In this document: piece after piece, positions 48,909 through 61,585 of the stretch
How positions within the stretch are numbered: the first letter of the stretch is position 1
Layout: each line of letters starts with the position of its first letter
Assembly (NCBI RefSeq): GCF_963676685.1
Contig: NC_092355.1
Span: forward strand, 17,360,001-17,424,000
DNA length: 64,000 bases
Reading direction: 5' to 3'
DNA from: Mytilus edulis
Lineage: Eukaryota
Made by a program: the position numbers and the translations under genes
The notes under the pieces: model-generated
Seen by the model: the letters and a program-made list of their open reading frames with translations, nothing else
What the model was told of the DNA's origin: nothing
Databases searched by the model: none

Positions 48909-49643
48909 TATTTATCCTGCAATTGGGTGTTCTACTATACAGATACAGCTCTAATGATATCGCTATGTTGTATCTGTATACTATACAGACATCGCTTTAA
49001 AGTTCCGCCCACTGCCGGAATGAGTTTTGAATGAACCTGCGTGACCTTAGAATGTGTATTGCAGTTGCATTCCAATGACGTATTAATTGCGAATTAACAA
49101 TTACTTTTATACGTTCTGTTTGTTTTCAAACATTTCTTTAGAGCAATATGAATCACACCAATTTTCTAATAACATACAAACATGAACACCTATCGATTTC
49201 AAAACTTAAATGTGTTTGATTGTGTAACAAAAACAACCATGTCAATTTCAGCCTGCATGTTTAGTGAATGTCGAGTCTGAAGCGTAGGACAACTCACACA
49301 CTCCTGTTTCAAATTGGACAATGTTTTGTTATTTGTTTTTACTGTTGAAATTATTCGTTATGTTAAGATAAATAATTATTCGCCTTGAGCGATGTATTAT
49401 TATTGACCATTCCAGATTCGTTTTTACGCACCCGTCTTCAGCTGAATGTGTGGTTACTGTATCGTATTACTGCACGGGTCCTCAAGGGATTTCAAATCGA
49501 AAATACATGCAAAACATGTGTTTTTTTGTCTTTTAAAACACAAATAATATACAGAATTAATTGCAGGATAAAGACAATATGAATCGCTAGAAGCTCGCAT
49601 ACACCTTGTTTCCTAGCCTTATACAAATACAGCTGATATGTAA
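48909..49643. mobile_element. Non-autonomous element in the copy-4 intron with asymmetric inverted repeat (Helentron/HINE-like)
   Basis: TTTATCCTGCAATT (48911-48924) / AATTGCAGGATAAA (49559-49572), with ~70 bp beyond the right IR; absent at the homologous site in copy 1 (~8850); partial at ~25000-25172. Confidence 0.55.
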
Positions 49644-50576
49644 ATCACTACTCAATTATTGTCTATGTTTTTTTTTTTTTTTTTTTTATTTGTTCGACAT
49701 GTTTAATAAGATATGGAACTTTCAAACATCTTGTTCGTCCCCGTAGAGGCATTTGTGGTCACAATGCGCATTTGTGCAGCGCAATTATTAAAGTTAAATG
49801 CCAAAAAAGAGTTTATTTTGTATGAATACTGAAGTAGTAGATTATCTATGTCAAATATGTAGTAATGAAACCCAATCAAAAAAGCATTAAAATTGTAGGA
49901 TTTATTTATTATTAGATTATCAAGACTGGTGTAGCTACTCTAAATCTGAAATTAAAAATATTATCCGACAATGTCAAGTAAATCTTGTTTGTGTATAAAC
50001 AATATAAATATATTTATGAATTGTCATAAATCAGTGTTTTTATTCTTTATTAAAAGTTCAGTTTGAACAAGTTCTGGAATGATCGATTTTTTTAAAGAAA
50101 TAGATCAAACAATATGTTTTACACTTCAGAGTCTGGATATGGCAACGACGCCAATAATCAAATATTGAATCGATAGGAGATAAACTGTAAATATTTGAAC
50201 ATACAGTTTTGGGGTTTTTTTCCATTAATTTCCCCTATTACGGTATCAATAAAAAAAAATATGTTCTAATGAACTCAAAATCGTTTTTTCGCACTTTTTT
50301 TTATTTTTTCCGCTTATGCGCAGAAATCTACTTCCTTATTCCGTTCTCGTTTGTCATGGGACTTTGAGATAGCGTTAATTTGTTTACATTGAATATAACG
50401 TCATAACTTAAATAGCGTCACAACTAAAATCTCTAACAACAGAACCAAAATCGGAAACATAACGGTATTTCTGTTTCCTTTTTAACAGATTTTGAAGTTA
50501 TAATATGTTTGAATTAAAAATAAATCAAACAGACTTCGTTCCTTTTCACAGGTAATGCCTGCCTCATATTAAATTA

Positions 50577-51530
50577 TATGCTCGTGTATGTAACAACGTA
50601 TTAGATTTTAGCGAGAGAACTTTCTGTATTACTGAAAAATTATTACACCGGGGTTTTCGATATTACAAACTAGTCAAAACATTTACTAAATTGTATCATC
50701 GGTATAAGGAAATAATTCGTAAATATAACTCAACATGCAGACATCTTATACGTTCAGGTATTTCATATCCAATCATTCATGGTAATATTTTTTATAAAGC
50801 ACAAAAATGTCAGTATTTACCTCGAAAGCTTACAAAACCTTTAAACAGACTTATTAAGAATGGATATGGTTACGATACTGTTGTCAGGTCATTAAAGATT
50901 GCATATTTTGGCTTTAATATTGATTCACTTATAGTGTCTTTGCATCGGAACTAAACACATTTATTTAAAAAACAGTTGTTTGCATAACACGGGTTATGTT
51001 CTTCTCATATATTTGATGATAGTATAATACTAAACCCCTAACGGGAGGGATTGTACCTGATATTCATATGACGAAGACATAATCTTTCAATCAGGTTAAT
51101 TGAGGTCTGGAGCTGGCATGTCAGTTAACTGCTAGTAGTCTGTTGTTATTTATGTATTATTGTCATTTTATTTATTTTCTTTTGTTACATCTTCTGACAT
51201 CGGACTCGGACTTCTCTTGACCTGAATTTTAATGTGCGTATTGTTATGCGTTTAATTTTCTATATTAGCAACAGGTATAGGGGAGGGTTGAGATCTCATA
51301 AAACATGTTTAACCCCGCCGCAATTTTGCGCATGTCCCAAGTCAGGAGCATCTGGCCTTTATTAGTCTTGTATGATTTTTAATTTTAGTTTATTGTGTAT
51401 AATTCAGAGTGTAGTATGACGTCCATTATCATTGTACTAGTGTACATATTAAATAAGAGGCCAGCTAAAGGACGCCTACGGTTGCGGGAGTTTCTAGCTA
51501 CATTGAAGACCTATTGGTGACCTTCGGCTG
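50577..51530 (+). mobile_element. 5'-truncated Penelope-like retroelement fragment, second family
   Basis: YARVCNNVLDFSERTFCITEKLLHRGFRYYKLVKTFTKLYHRY aligns with YSRACISYHDFLDRWLLLTRKLLKQEFQLVKLKSSLHKCYGRH of the 27.4-kb RT; continues as track ORF 50691..50954, then UTR-like sequence. Confidence 0.75.
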
Positions 51531-53783
51531 TTTGATATTTGATAAATAAATCATTCTGTATTTTTATTTCCGTATGTAAAACCAAGGCGTTAAGATACTG
51601 ATGAATAATTGGCATACCTGTTACCTTAGATACCATATTGTTACCCGAAGGATTTGTTATTTGTCTTTTTAAAGTAATATGTTTATTTTGAATGCAATAA
51701 AATGATCCCAGTAAACATTTTTTTTTAATTTTATAACTTATTTACTATACACTTATAAGTCTCCGCACACAACCTCGTTGATGTTTGTTACCTTGATTGT
51801 TGACTGACCTGTTCCTCATCGATGTTCTTAGATTAAAGCATTGGTAAACTATTGTTGAATTGATTTATTTCTGATACATATTTTTATCATTTGAGTACCA
51901 ATCTACCTAGGAATGAGGCAGTGGTGACAACATGACAAGGACACACCCGTTCAACCTTACATTAATTCACGTTCAGAATGTTTAGTGCATACTGGTAAAT
52001 ATAACTTTTTTTTTTCTTTCCCTGTGTTTGGTGATTCAAGATATAATTTGATTGAAATGGACTAGAAATTAACTCCGTATTGGAATACCTTTAAAATAGG
52101 GTAAGTAGGTCGGTCAGATTTTTTCAGACATGTTTTGAGAATTTTCTAAATTCAATTTGCCTGATTCATAAAAAGACTTGCAAGATATTGATATGTGTTG
52201 ACATTTAGAATACGTATATATGTTACAAGATCTGGCAATTTTATAAACTCTGCACGTTTAGAATAAAATAAGATGGAAATTATATGTATGACACCAATGG
52301 AATATTACTTAGACATTAAAACAACTGATCCTATCTTTATTAATTTTACTTGCAAGTGTTATTCAATAAACAACTATAAAACAATAATTATAGCTAGGAC
52401 ACCTATCGTTGTATTTACATTTTCGGCAATGCCAGTTTATTTGGTTATCGTATTATAATTTTAACGTACATGTTAATTAAGTGTCGTTAAGTGTAGATTT
52501 GCAAAGCGGATTTGCAAACAACGTAATCCACATACCTTGACTTTGCAATTTCTACAACTTCTAATATCCTTGATTAATTGTGTATCCGCCCCATAATGGA
52601 TACTCTTAACATTATATAACGTATTTGATAACACTATATATAGTATCACAATTTAAAAGATATCAGAATAGATTATATTTTTCTGATCTGAATTGAGTGC
52701 GTCTGAACTATCAATTTATGTTTTACATTTAAATATTTCCCATTATTTATCCATGGTGATAGGCGTTGAATTAATGATTTCAACTGTCCCTGTCATCAAG
52801 ATACTATGTTTATTTATATATAAACTATATTTAACAGCTGAATATTCGTGTTATTCCCTGTGGTTTTCTGGGGACAAAAAACGGATAAAAACAACTTAAA
52901 ACATTGCAGTTCTTTAAGAGAGAAGACGCAAACTTGATAAGTTTAAGGTTTGTTTTGAGCATTTTTACAAATTGTCGATTCTTTTCAAATGGTTGCAAAC
53001 GTTTAATTTATACAATACAGCTTGATAAAGTAAGAGACAAGTAAAAGGTTTATTAAGTCATGTTTTAATAACTTTAGTTGTCTTATTTCAATGTTATCAG
53101 TTTTAGCTTTTAAGGGATTTCTCACAAAATCCAAACATAATTAAGATCCTAGGAAACTGTGATCACTCCCAAAAAGAATTAAGAAGTTTGTGTTACATAG
53201 TCTTTATAGTTTTATGTATACTGCACTGTTCTGTAAACTTTTCGTGTAGTGTCATGACATTGACATTACTGAAGTTAAGAGTTGTGAATATCATCTTTAT
53301 ATGTTCAACTTCCTTTAACTGTATGAAAATTAGAACACTACTTTAATTTTTATGACAATAATATTTTTTTTTCATTTTACTGAAACATATGCCATTATGA
53401 TATTGAGAATTGAAATAAAGATGTTAATCATAACTTAAGAAATATATATAACAAAAGGTATATAAAGAAAGATACAGAGGGTCACTCATAAAAACATGTT
53501 TTTTATTTTCATTTGTTGACTGAAAAATATGCCATTATGATCTTGATATTAGAAAGGGTTTTGCTCATATCTTATGAAATATATATGTAATGTTATTCGA
53601 TAGATTTTTAACACATTGATGCGTTATAATTCGTTATGATATTTGATTTTAAGAATCCAAAGTTTCTGCAAAATTCTACATCTAAGAATGTAAACCAATC
53701 AGACAACAACAAGAGGTTTCTAAAGAAAGATACCTAGGGTCATCCAAAGCTAAGTCGGTATAATATGACAATGCCAAGGCAAC

Positions 53784-53969
53784 ATCAATAACGATGAGTA
53801 AACAGCCTCTATATTCAAAACTACAGATTGAGCAAAAAGAACCCCACAAAAACCCTTTGGTGGTCTAAGGTAATAACGATCAATAACGATGGGTAAACAG
53901 CCTCTATATTCAAAACTACAGATTGAGCAAAAAGAACCCCACAAAAACCCTTTGGTGGTCTAAGGTAAT
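53784..53969. repeat. Tandem duplication, 2 x 95 bp
   Basis: atcaataacgatg..ggtctaaggtaat at 53784 and 53879. Confidence 0.9.
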
Positions 53970-55287
53970 CTGGGATAATATGCAGACTCTGCTCGTCGAG
54001 AGACACCCATTGTTTTACATGTTTTACTCTTTGTGAGAAAAGTCTGAAGTATTTTGTAAAAGAAAATGGTCCTGTACAGTATAATATCATACACAAGTTT
54101 GGCTTACTAGTGTTTGTGATGGCTCTTGTAGTTATAAAAAAACTTAAAAGGGGGCTTTAAATGCATTTTTATGTTTATTTTGGCTTCTCCATACTTTTTT
54201 AAAAGATATTTGTCTGTCAATACCCAGTAATGACAGACAAATAAGTTAATAAAATATTACAATGAAATTCGGGCAATCGATAGTTCTAATATAGTTTTGA
54301 ATAACCTTTGACGTTGAGAGGTTTAGCATGATATCCTTACACACTTTGAGGTTTGATGCTTCCAAAAAGATTTACAACTTTATTTTAACATTTAAATAGA
54401 GGTTTAAATCCAGCAAAAAACATAAATGAAAAACATTAAGTCCAGAAAAATTAAACAAATTTTCGCGCGTATTTCATAGGACGAAGTTGTAATACGACTT
54501 TTAAAAAAAGAATGAAAAAAATGTGTTGTTAGATATCTGAAAACTATCACATGCATTATAAATTCGTTTTTTTATAGTATATTTACATGTAATATTATAT
54601 AGATCTAACGATTTGCTGTCATGTACATGCCAACCTAACCATAATTTTAGAATGATTCTTAAATCAAATACTAGTAGACAGTGTGTTCTTATAAACATTT
54701 AATGATTTCATGTATTAAACAAACAGTTCAGTCTATATACTACACGCATAACGATAGCAAACATAGCTTCCGAATTTATTGAAACAGCGAAAATAAAAAT
54801 ATATGCAATTGGTAATTGAAATTGGAAATATGCCACTTAGTTTAATTCGCTGTGTCTTTTACTGAAATATATTAGTTAACCGTTTAAAAAAGAGGGGCGA
54901 AAGATACAAGAGGGACAGTCAAACTCATAGATCGAAAATTAACTGACAACGCCATGTCTAAAAACTAAAAAAACAAACAGACAAATAATACTACAAAGGA
55001 TACAACCTAGAAAAGGGAATGAACAAGCAACACGGACCCCGCCAAAAAAAATTGGGTATTCTCAGGTGCTCCGGAAGGCTAAACAGATCCTGCTCCACAT
55101 GTGGCACTCGTCGTGTTGTACATGTTATTACAAACCCGGTAAATAGCTAGTCTAATGTGTTTAACTGACACATACACACAAGTATTATATTTCTATAATG
55201 ATTTCTACCTGCGCTTAAAACGACAATGATGTAAGTATCCACGACTGTCTATAGATGCAGCATATGAATATTTAAGATTTGTTCTAT

Positions 55288-56642
55288 GAGGGGGGGCTAG
55301 ACCATTTTCGGGACGCCGGGATCGGCTGATTTTAGCAACGGGAAATCGGGATTGCCTTGTTTAAAGATCGGGAATTCGGGATAGAAAAACATTGGGATAC
55401 GGGAAAGCCAAGTTTTTAGCCACGGGAAATTGGGATTATTATGTTGAAATATAACGGGATTGACAAACAACTGTACCTTGGACAAATAAAAGTGCCATTT
55501 TCATTATACTTCAATTAGAATCGCATCTAGAAACAGAGTAGATCCAGATCAGAGTACATGTAAACCCCAAGGGTGACTGAGTTGACTTGGTCTTCTCCCG
55601 ACCGGCAGTTACACGCTTGCTGAAGTTGGGCGTCGGTTTGGCTGTGCGGGATGTATCATGTTCGCAGTCACGTCGGTCAGAATGGGGACTTAAATCGGAT
55701 GCCTCGTGTAAAGAGAGTGCCATGCTCTTTGCACGTTAAGAACCCTTGCAACAACTCTTTGAGGCCTGTTGCAAGGCAAAATTTCTGTCCCTATCCAATC
55801 TACCCTCATTTTCCAGTGGCAGTCCAAATATCTCCGACCATCATTCCCTGAAAGAGCCTCTATTATGACAAGACCTACATATTGTATTTATTGTGAACTT
55901 GTTCTCGTCCTGAATATGCATGAAGTATTTGCCACTGGACGTTAAGCAACCAACAATCAATCAAATCAATAAGAGTACATGTAACAGTAAGTTTAGAGAT
56001 AAGCTTTGAGCTCGGATCAGGTCTTTAATTATACCGTTTACTAAACGATTTTGATTTAATTACATATATAAACTTCCTGTAGCAGACGATGTATTTTGCA
56101 GAAGATTCTCAAGTTATATCAATTAGAACCCTTTTGTTGTTCCACAAAGACGAACATTCCTTAAGGAAAAAACAAACATTGTGCTAAAGGACAGCAAAAG
56201 CTTCGGTCACTGACTTAAACAAATTTAAATAATGTGTTATCAATTATTTTGGAATTAATGAATCGGCCTGTGAAAAAGGAATGGGGAGAAATGTTAATAC
56301 AAAGATAGGACGGCAATACAAAGATGACAAGGGAAAAGTAATAAACTTTTCCATTTATACACAGCATCAATGGGATCACGAGAAAACATTCCTTCAAACT
56401 GAAAGATCAAATTTGATAGGTGCATGTAGAAAATTATCTCTCTCTGTTATAGTACTAATAAGTATTCATTCAATCAACTTGAAAATATCGACGTTTAAAT
56501 CGTAAGCATTGAAACTTTAAACTTTTAAATTTTGGAACAAATTTATCGGGATCGGGATTTTTAACAAAATATGTCCGGGATTTCGGGATTTTCTGATATT
56601 AAAACCGGGAAATCGGGATGAGACCCCCTCTAGCCCCCCCTC
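55288..56642. mobile_element. Non-autonomous TIR DNA transposon, 13-bp TIR, 6-bp TSD
   Basis: TIR GAGGGGGGGCTAG (55288-55300) / CTAGCCCCCCCTC (56630-56642); TSD TTCTAT (55282-55287, 56643-56648); paralogous empty site tttgttctatctct at ~30731-30744. Confidence 0.9.
55564..55971 (+). mobile_element. SINE (Meta-core-like, RTE-type tail) nested in the TIR element
   Basis: 13-bp TSD AGAGTACATGTAA (55551-55563, 55972-55984); internal GCACGTTAAGAACCC; 3' GGACGTTAAGCAACCAACAATCAATCAAATCAAT tail. No tRNA-like head recognised. Confidence 0.75.
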
Positions 56643-59605
56643 TTCTATCTCTATCTTGTATATTTTATCAATAATGGTGTGTGTTTGAAGAACGTATAAT
56701 GTTATCAGATAAGATGTTTTGTTAACCAATCATGATGTCCAACATTTGAGCAATGAAATAGAATGAATTATTACACAATAAATCAAAGTAAATAAATTAG
56801 AGTGATAAAAGTACATTTAAACAAAAAACATGTATACACATTTTGCAATATAAACAATATAATTGACATAACCTAACTGTGCTCAACTTCGACTCGACAT
56901 TAACTGACTTAACATTGGACTCAATGCATCCTCTACTTGTTCATTACTCACAGACGAAAGAGATTTTTCTTCGTGCCTTCGCTTTAAATACCAAACTGAA
57001 CCATCTTTTTCAATGTGCTTAAATGCTAAAAATGTGTGTAGTTTTAAAGACATGTTGTTGTATTTTATTCTAATTAACATGTAAATCAGAAAATCGTTAT
57101 CCTCAATCGTTGACAACGCATGTTAAATTGTCTTGCTTAGATTTTTGTTTTTGCATATATTTCGTTTAATAGATTCTCTTGTAATTTGTTTAATGGATCG
57201 TTCATCAATGCACTCGTGAAAGGTTTATTATTTCAATATGTTATGCCACAATTCGACCATCATTTGTTTTACCACAAGAAATGCATTATTGGTATGTGAT
57301 TTTATATTTTTAACAGTTTTATCGATTTCCCTCTGATCTGTACATTATATCTTTATAACACATCGTCTTGAATACCTGGTGAAGATTAATCCAGAAAAGC
57401 GCTTTTGATGCATGGAATTTATAACATTTTGTTTTCATTGTATCCACAACAAGAACAATCATACTTCTTGCAGACACGTTAGTGTGATTTTTGGTAAATT
57501 CAACGGTAGTTTCTGGTGCTCTGTAACAGGTATAATGCTAAGTTATATAGATGCAATTACTGCACAATGTTATCTACACCCTTCACAAAGTCCCTAATCA
57601 CAGACGAAACACCGCACAACAGACGATTGTTGTATGTTTGTGAAGCTACAATTGCCACACACTGAATAATTATTAGCAATAATTAAAACCAAAACCAAAA
57701 ACTTAATTTGACATAATTATGCCTAAATAGATTGTATGGTCTCCTTTTTGCGATACCAGTGGGCGTTTTGCACGTTTTTGTTTTCAGTGATGATCAAGGC
57801 CAGAATTTTCGAAAACCAAAACGTTGATATAAAAGTTGATGCGCTGCTACAGTCAAAAGAGACCAAATGTTTTTCAAAACCCGGATAATTCATAGAGAAC
57901 TGTAAAATGTTTACAAGGAACATCAAGGGTTTTTTTGTGAAGTTTTTTTTAATGATACAGTCAAGTTGACATAGTAATGTCTTCAAAAATGTGTTTTAGT
58001 TAAAAAAAAATATTGAACATAGGAAGACGATTCCTTATTATCAAATAAAAAGTGTAAGGCGTTGAATTTCCTGCTATAAAAGACAATTCTTAATTTTTTC
58101 AAAATTTTTAGTTTCTATTTCCTAAATTATCAAACAAAGGCTTATAGAAAGGACAGCATTGGTGCTTATTCAATGTGACAATTACCCACCACTTAACACC
58201 AACATACGTATGTCTTGCTAATAAATATATATCTCAAGCCTTGTGCAATAATTGCAAACATCCGAATGAATTTCGTTATGCATGCATGTATAATTTAATC
58301 AAGCATGCTGGAGACCAATAATATGGAAAGCTACACTTATGAAACTTTGGGTGTTGTGGGCATTCATATAAATATATAAATATTTACAAAGGGCAATAAG
58401 TTTATTGATGAAACACAATTATTGTCAATAACGAATGCCAATTTATAATTTCCAAAATCAAATGTGTAGTTTTAGATTATCAATGAATGGTGTATTAGTT
58501 GTTTAAAATTTATAAACTACGCGTCAAACAATCATTACAAAAGTATTTTCTATAATAAGTAAAACGAAGACAGCCGCATGTCTCATTAAAATGAATTAAA
58601 TGAAATTGTTCGATATAATAATTATATAACCTAAATCTTCATTAATTAGTCGTCAAAGGAATTACCTCTAAGAGAAACCGTCGTTACGAGAACTCGATGA
58701 AGGAGGAATAATAGTCATTACATCAAGAAGAGTGCATGTGAGTTGTGGGAGTGTGAGACAACATAGAACATAAATATGTATATGACAGACAGATTCCTTT
58801 TCTTTTTGTCTTCAGCTGTATTTAGTTCTCTTATATTTGATACGTTTCCCTCAGTTTAAGTTTGTAACCCGGATTTGTTTTTTCTCTATCGATTTATGAG
58901 TTTTGAACAGCGGTATACTACTGTTGCCTTTATTTATATTCCACGTACAAATTTCAAATTTTCAAAACGTATTTTTGTAAAGAAATAAAAGGAATAGGTG
59001 CCTAGTGCAACTCAATTGCGTGTTGGGGCATAAATGTCGAAAACCAAAAAATTCCCAATACAATCTATGTGTTAGTGTAGAGGGAATGCCACATATACCA
59101 CATATATAATAACTCTGAAGTCGAAATCATACTGACAATTGAGAAATGACCAATAGACAAACAGCAATGCACAAATCACAATATAGAAAAACTCAAAAAT
59201 GGGGAATACGAACTCTTCATAAATCGGAGCGATTACATGATCTCCGGAATAGTAAGCTGATCTGACTCCACATGTGACACTCGCCGGGTTTCTCCTTTAA
59301 AATGTGTTTATAAGTTGTATCACGTCATAATACAATGCGCAATACCTTACTGTTAACTGACTTTTATCTAACCTTTAGACATCATTAAAGTTAAACACTA
59401 TATATTCAAATATTTCATATATATTTCAATCAATAATACTTAATCAAATCGAAATTTTGAAATTAAAACATCTTTTCATAAAACACGATAGATAACGGGT
59501 ATCAACAGCATATGCATTTAAGAAAACTCTACGAACATCTATAAAAACTAAAGCATACGAAACACAAACCCGATCGCAGGTGTTCGGGAAACATTTTTGA
59601 TTCGA

Positions 59606-59649
59606 GCGCCACTGATGAGTCTTTTGTAGACGAAACGCACGTCTGGCGT
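59606..59649 (+). ncRNA. Type I hammerhead ribozyme, intact core
   Basis: GCGCCA CUGAUGA GUCU uuugu AGAC GAAA CGCACG UC UGGCGU; the stem I U-G pair is C-G here. Confidence 0.85.
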
Positions 59650-59964
59650 TAATATAAAATTTCAATCCTGGTATCTATGACGAGTTTATTTACACCCACT
59701 GGGTCGATGCCACTGCTGGTGTAGATTTATTTCCACGAGGGTATTTCCATCCCAGTAGTTAGCACTTCTGTGTTGACTTGAGTTATCATTGATTATAATT
59801 ATAAATCAACTGTTAACACAAATTTTAGTTTTTGAAATACTAAGGCTTTTCTATATTAGGAATAAATTACCTTAGCTGTATTTGGCAAACCTTTTAGGAA
59901 TGTTTGGTCCTCAATGCCCTACAACTTCGTACTTTCTTTGGCCTTTATAACATTTTTGATTCGA

Positions 59965-60008
59965 GCGTCACTGATGAGTCTTTTGTAGAGGAAACGCGCG
60001 TCTGGCGT
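59965..60008 (+). ncRNA. Type I hammerhead ribozyme, one stem II mismatch
   Basis: CUGAUGA GUCU uuugu AGAG GAAA CGCGCG UC UGGCGU. Confidence 0.72.
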
Positions 60009-60636
60009 AAATATAATAAAATTTCAATCCTGGTATCTATGATGAGTTTATTCATAGAACTTTGTTCTTGTTATAAACAATCGACGGATGCTATTTGCGC
60101 TGCAATATCTCAATTTAACATTCTTTTAGGTGTTCCAGTATTCTCCCGACTCTGAGTAAGTGTGCATGTTGCTAATTCCTACGTTTTCTGTTCAATGCTT
60201 TATAGAATGATGTAAGTCTTTTCTTTCTGATGGCTATGGTGCTGTTTTTGTCTAAGACTTTATAATTCTGATTGTCCTGTTTGTATCTTATGTCTCTATT
60301 CTTAACTAAAATAATGGTGTCCTGTTGGTAATAATGTCCTAAACTTTGTTGCTGGTGCATTTTTACTCTTTTATAATATTTTGTCTTACTACCAAGAATT
60401 ATGCGTGCGTTTTATGTGATATAAACATATACGAACGTATCGTGTTTTTCTAAACACATATTTGTAATTTATCGAAAATAAAACAAGGACGAATTTTACT
60501 TAAAAATACCAGTTACTAACATGTGGAACTACGCAGTTTGAAAAGCGTCAACATTTTTAGGAATGAAAGTAACGCTACTTGAATAGATCAAGTTTTGGTT
60601 AAAAGAGATTGATTCAAAATGAAGCAGTTTCCCAAA

Positions 60637-61215
60637 GGAGAAGGTCCGGTAAGGCCCCTTTTTGGCCCAAAAATATAACAGTTTTACAAAATTGTTAAAA
60701 TGTAAACTTTTAGTTATTTATTGGACAGTTGAATGCTTTTGCTACATAAATATGGGCTGTTTTTGACAATACAATGCACACATATAGGGTTGTATCACCA
60801 TTAAGTCATGGTAAATTACTGAAATCTTCAAAATTTAATCATTTTAGTTAAATTTTAGACGGTTTCCGTGTAAAACGAAAGTGGCCGCATTCGTGTTCAT
60901 CCTTAATATTGCAATGAAAGTTGTATTTTATGATAATACATAACATATATAAAGGTTGTGGATGAACACGGATGCGGCCACTTTCATTTTTTGACAAAAA
61001 TCATCTGAAAAGTGACGTTTTTTGGCATATTTGAGAGATTTTTCATATTTGAGCTTCAATCGGATCGTTTTTAATGACTTAATCAGTTAAAATCTTTCAC
61101 ATAAACTAATTGAATTGAGTGAAATAGACACTTAAGTGTTTAAAACATGGTCAAAATCTTTCGTCAGATGAAACTGAAATTTGAGGCCAAAATGAGTCCT
61201 TACCGGACCTACTCC
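60637..61215. mobile_element. Spy-like MITE inserted between AAA and TTT, no TSD
   Basis: TIR GGAGAAGGTCCGGTAAGG / CCTTACCGGACCTACTCC; flanks cccAAA| and |TTTggacaacg; empty site cccaaatttggacaacg at ~18822-18838; internal inverted repeat at ~60878-60902/60960-60984. Confidence 0.85.
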
Positions 61216-61585
61216 TTTGGACAACGTATTTCAAATATCGTTATCTATGATCTATTCAAAACGGTGGTAATACATATTTAATTAATGATAATCTATAAAT
61301 TTAAAATTGATATATTTCAATTGTGTTTTGATTTTGTTTTTGTATCATATTTATAACAAATGTATAAAAGCTGCTCAACTCTTTATAAAACAAGAGTAAA
61401 TAAGTATTAAAATATGATGTTCCGTGAAAAAGACAATGGTTTGGTTATATATTTTTTTCCCATCTTATTGCATAAAAACTTCTAACATTTTATAATAATC
61501 TGAAAATATGTGCGTAAACATGGTATATGTTGAATAAAATAAATTACAACGAAGTCGCAGTTATAAAAAGTCGACAATTCTTTTT

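Larger units (their letters stand above)
54780..57678 (-). pseudogene. Ancient decayed TRIM-like paralog, relic 3 (duplicate of relic 2, interrupted by MITE and SINE)
   Basis: Track ORF 56883..57116 contains LHTFLAFKHIEKD (cf. LQTFLALKHIEKE); near-identical to relic 2; split by the 55288-56642 insertion. Confidence 0.8.
59591..60052 (+). mobile_element. Retrozyme-like repeat, 359-nt period (duplicate of 33880-34501, 5' part deleted)
   Basis: Cores at 59612 and 59971; GTC sites end at 59643 and 60002. Confidence 0.85.
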
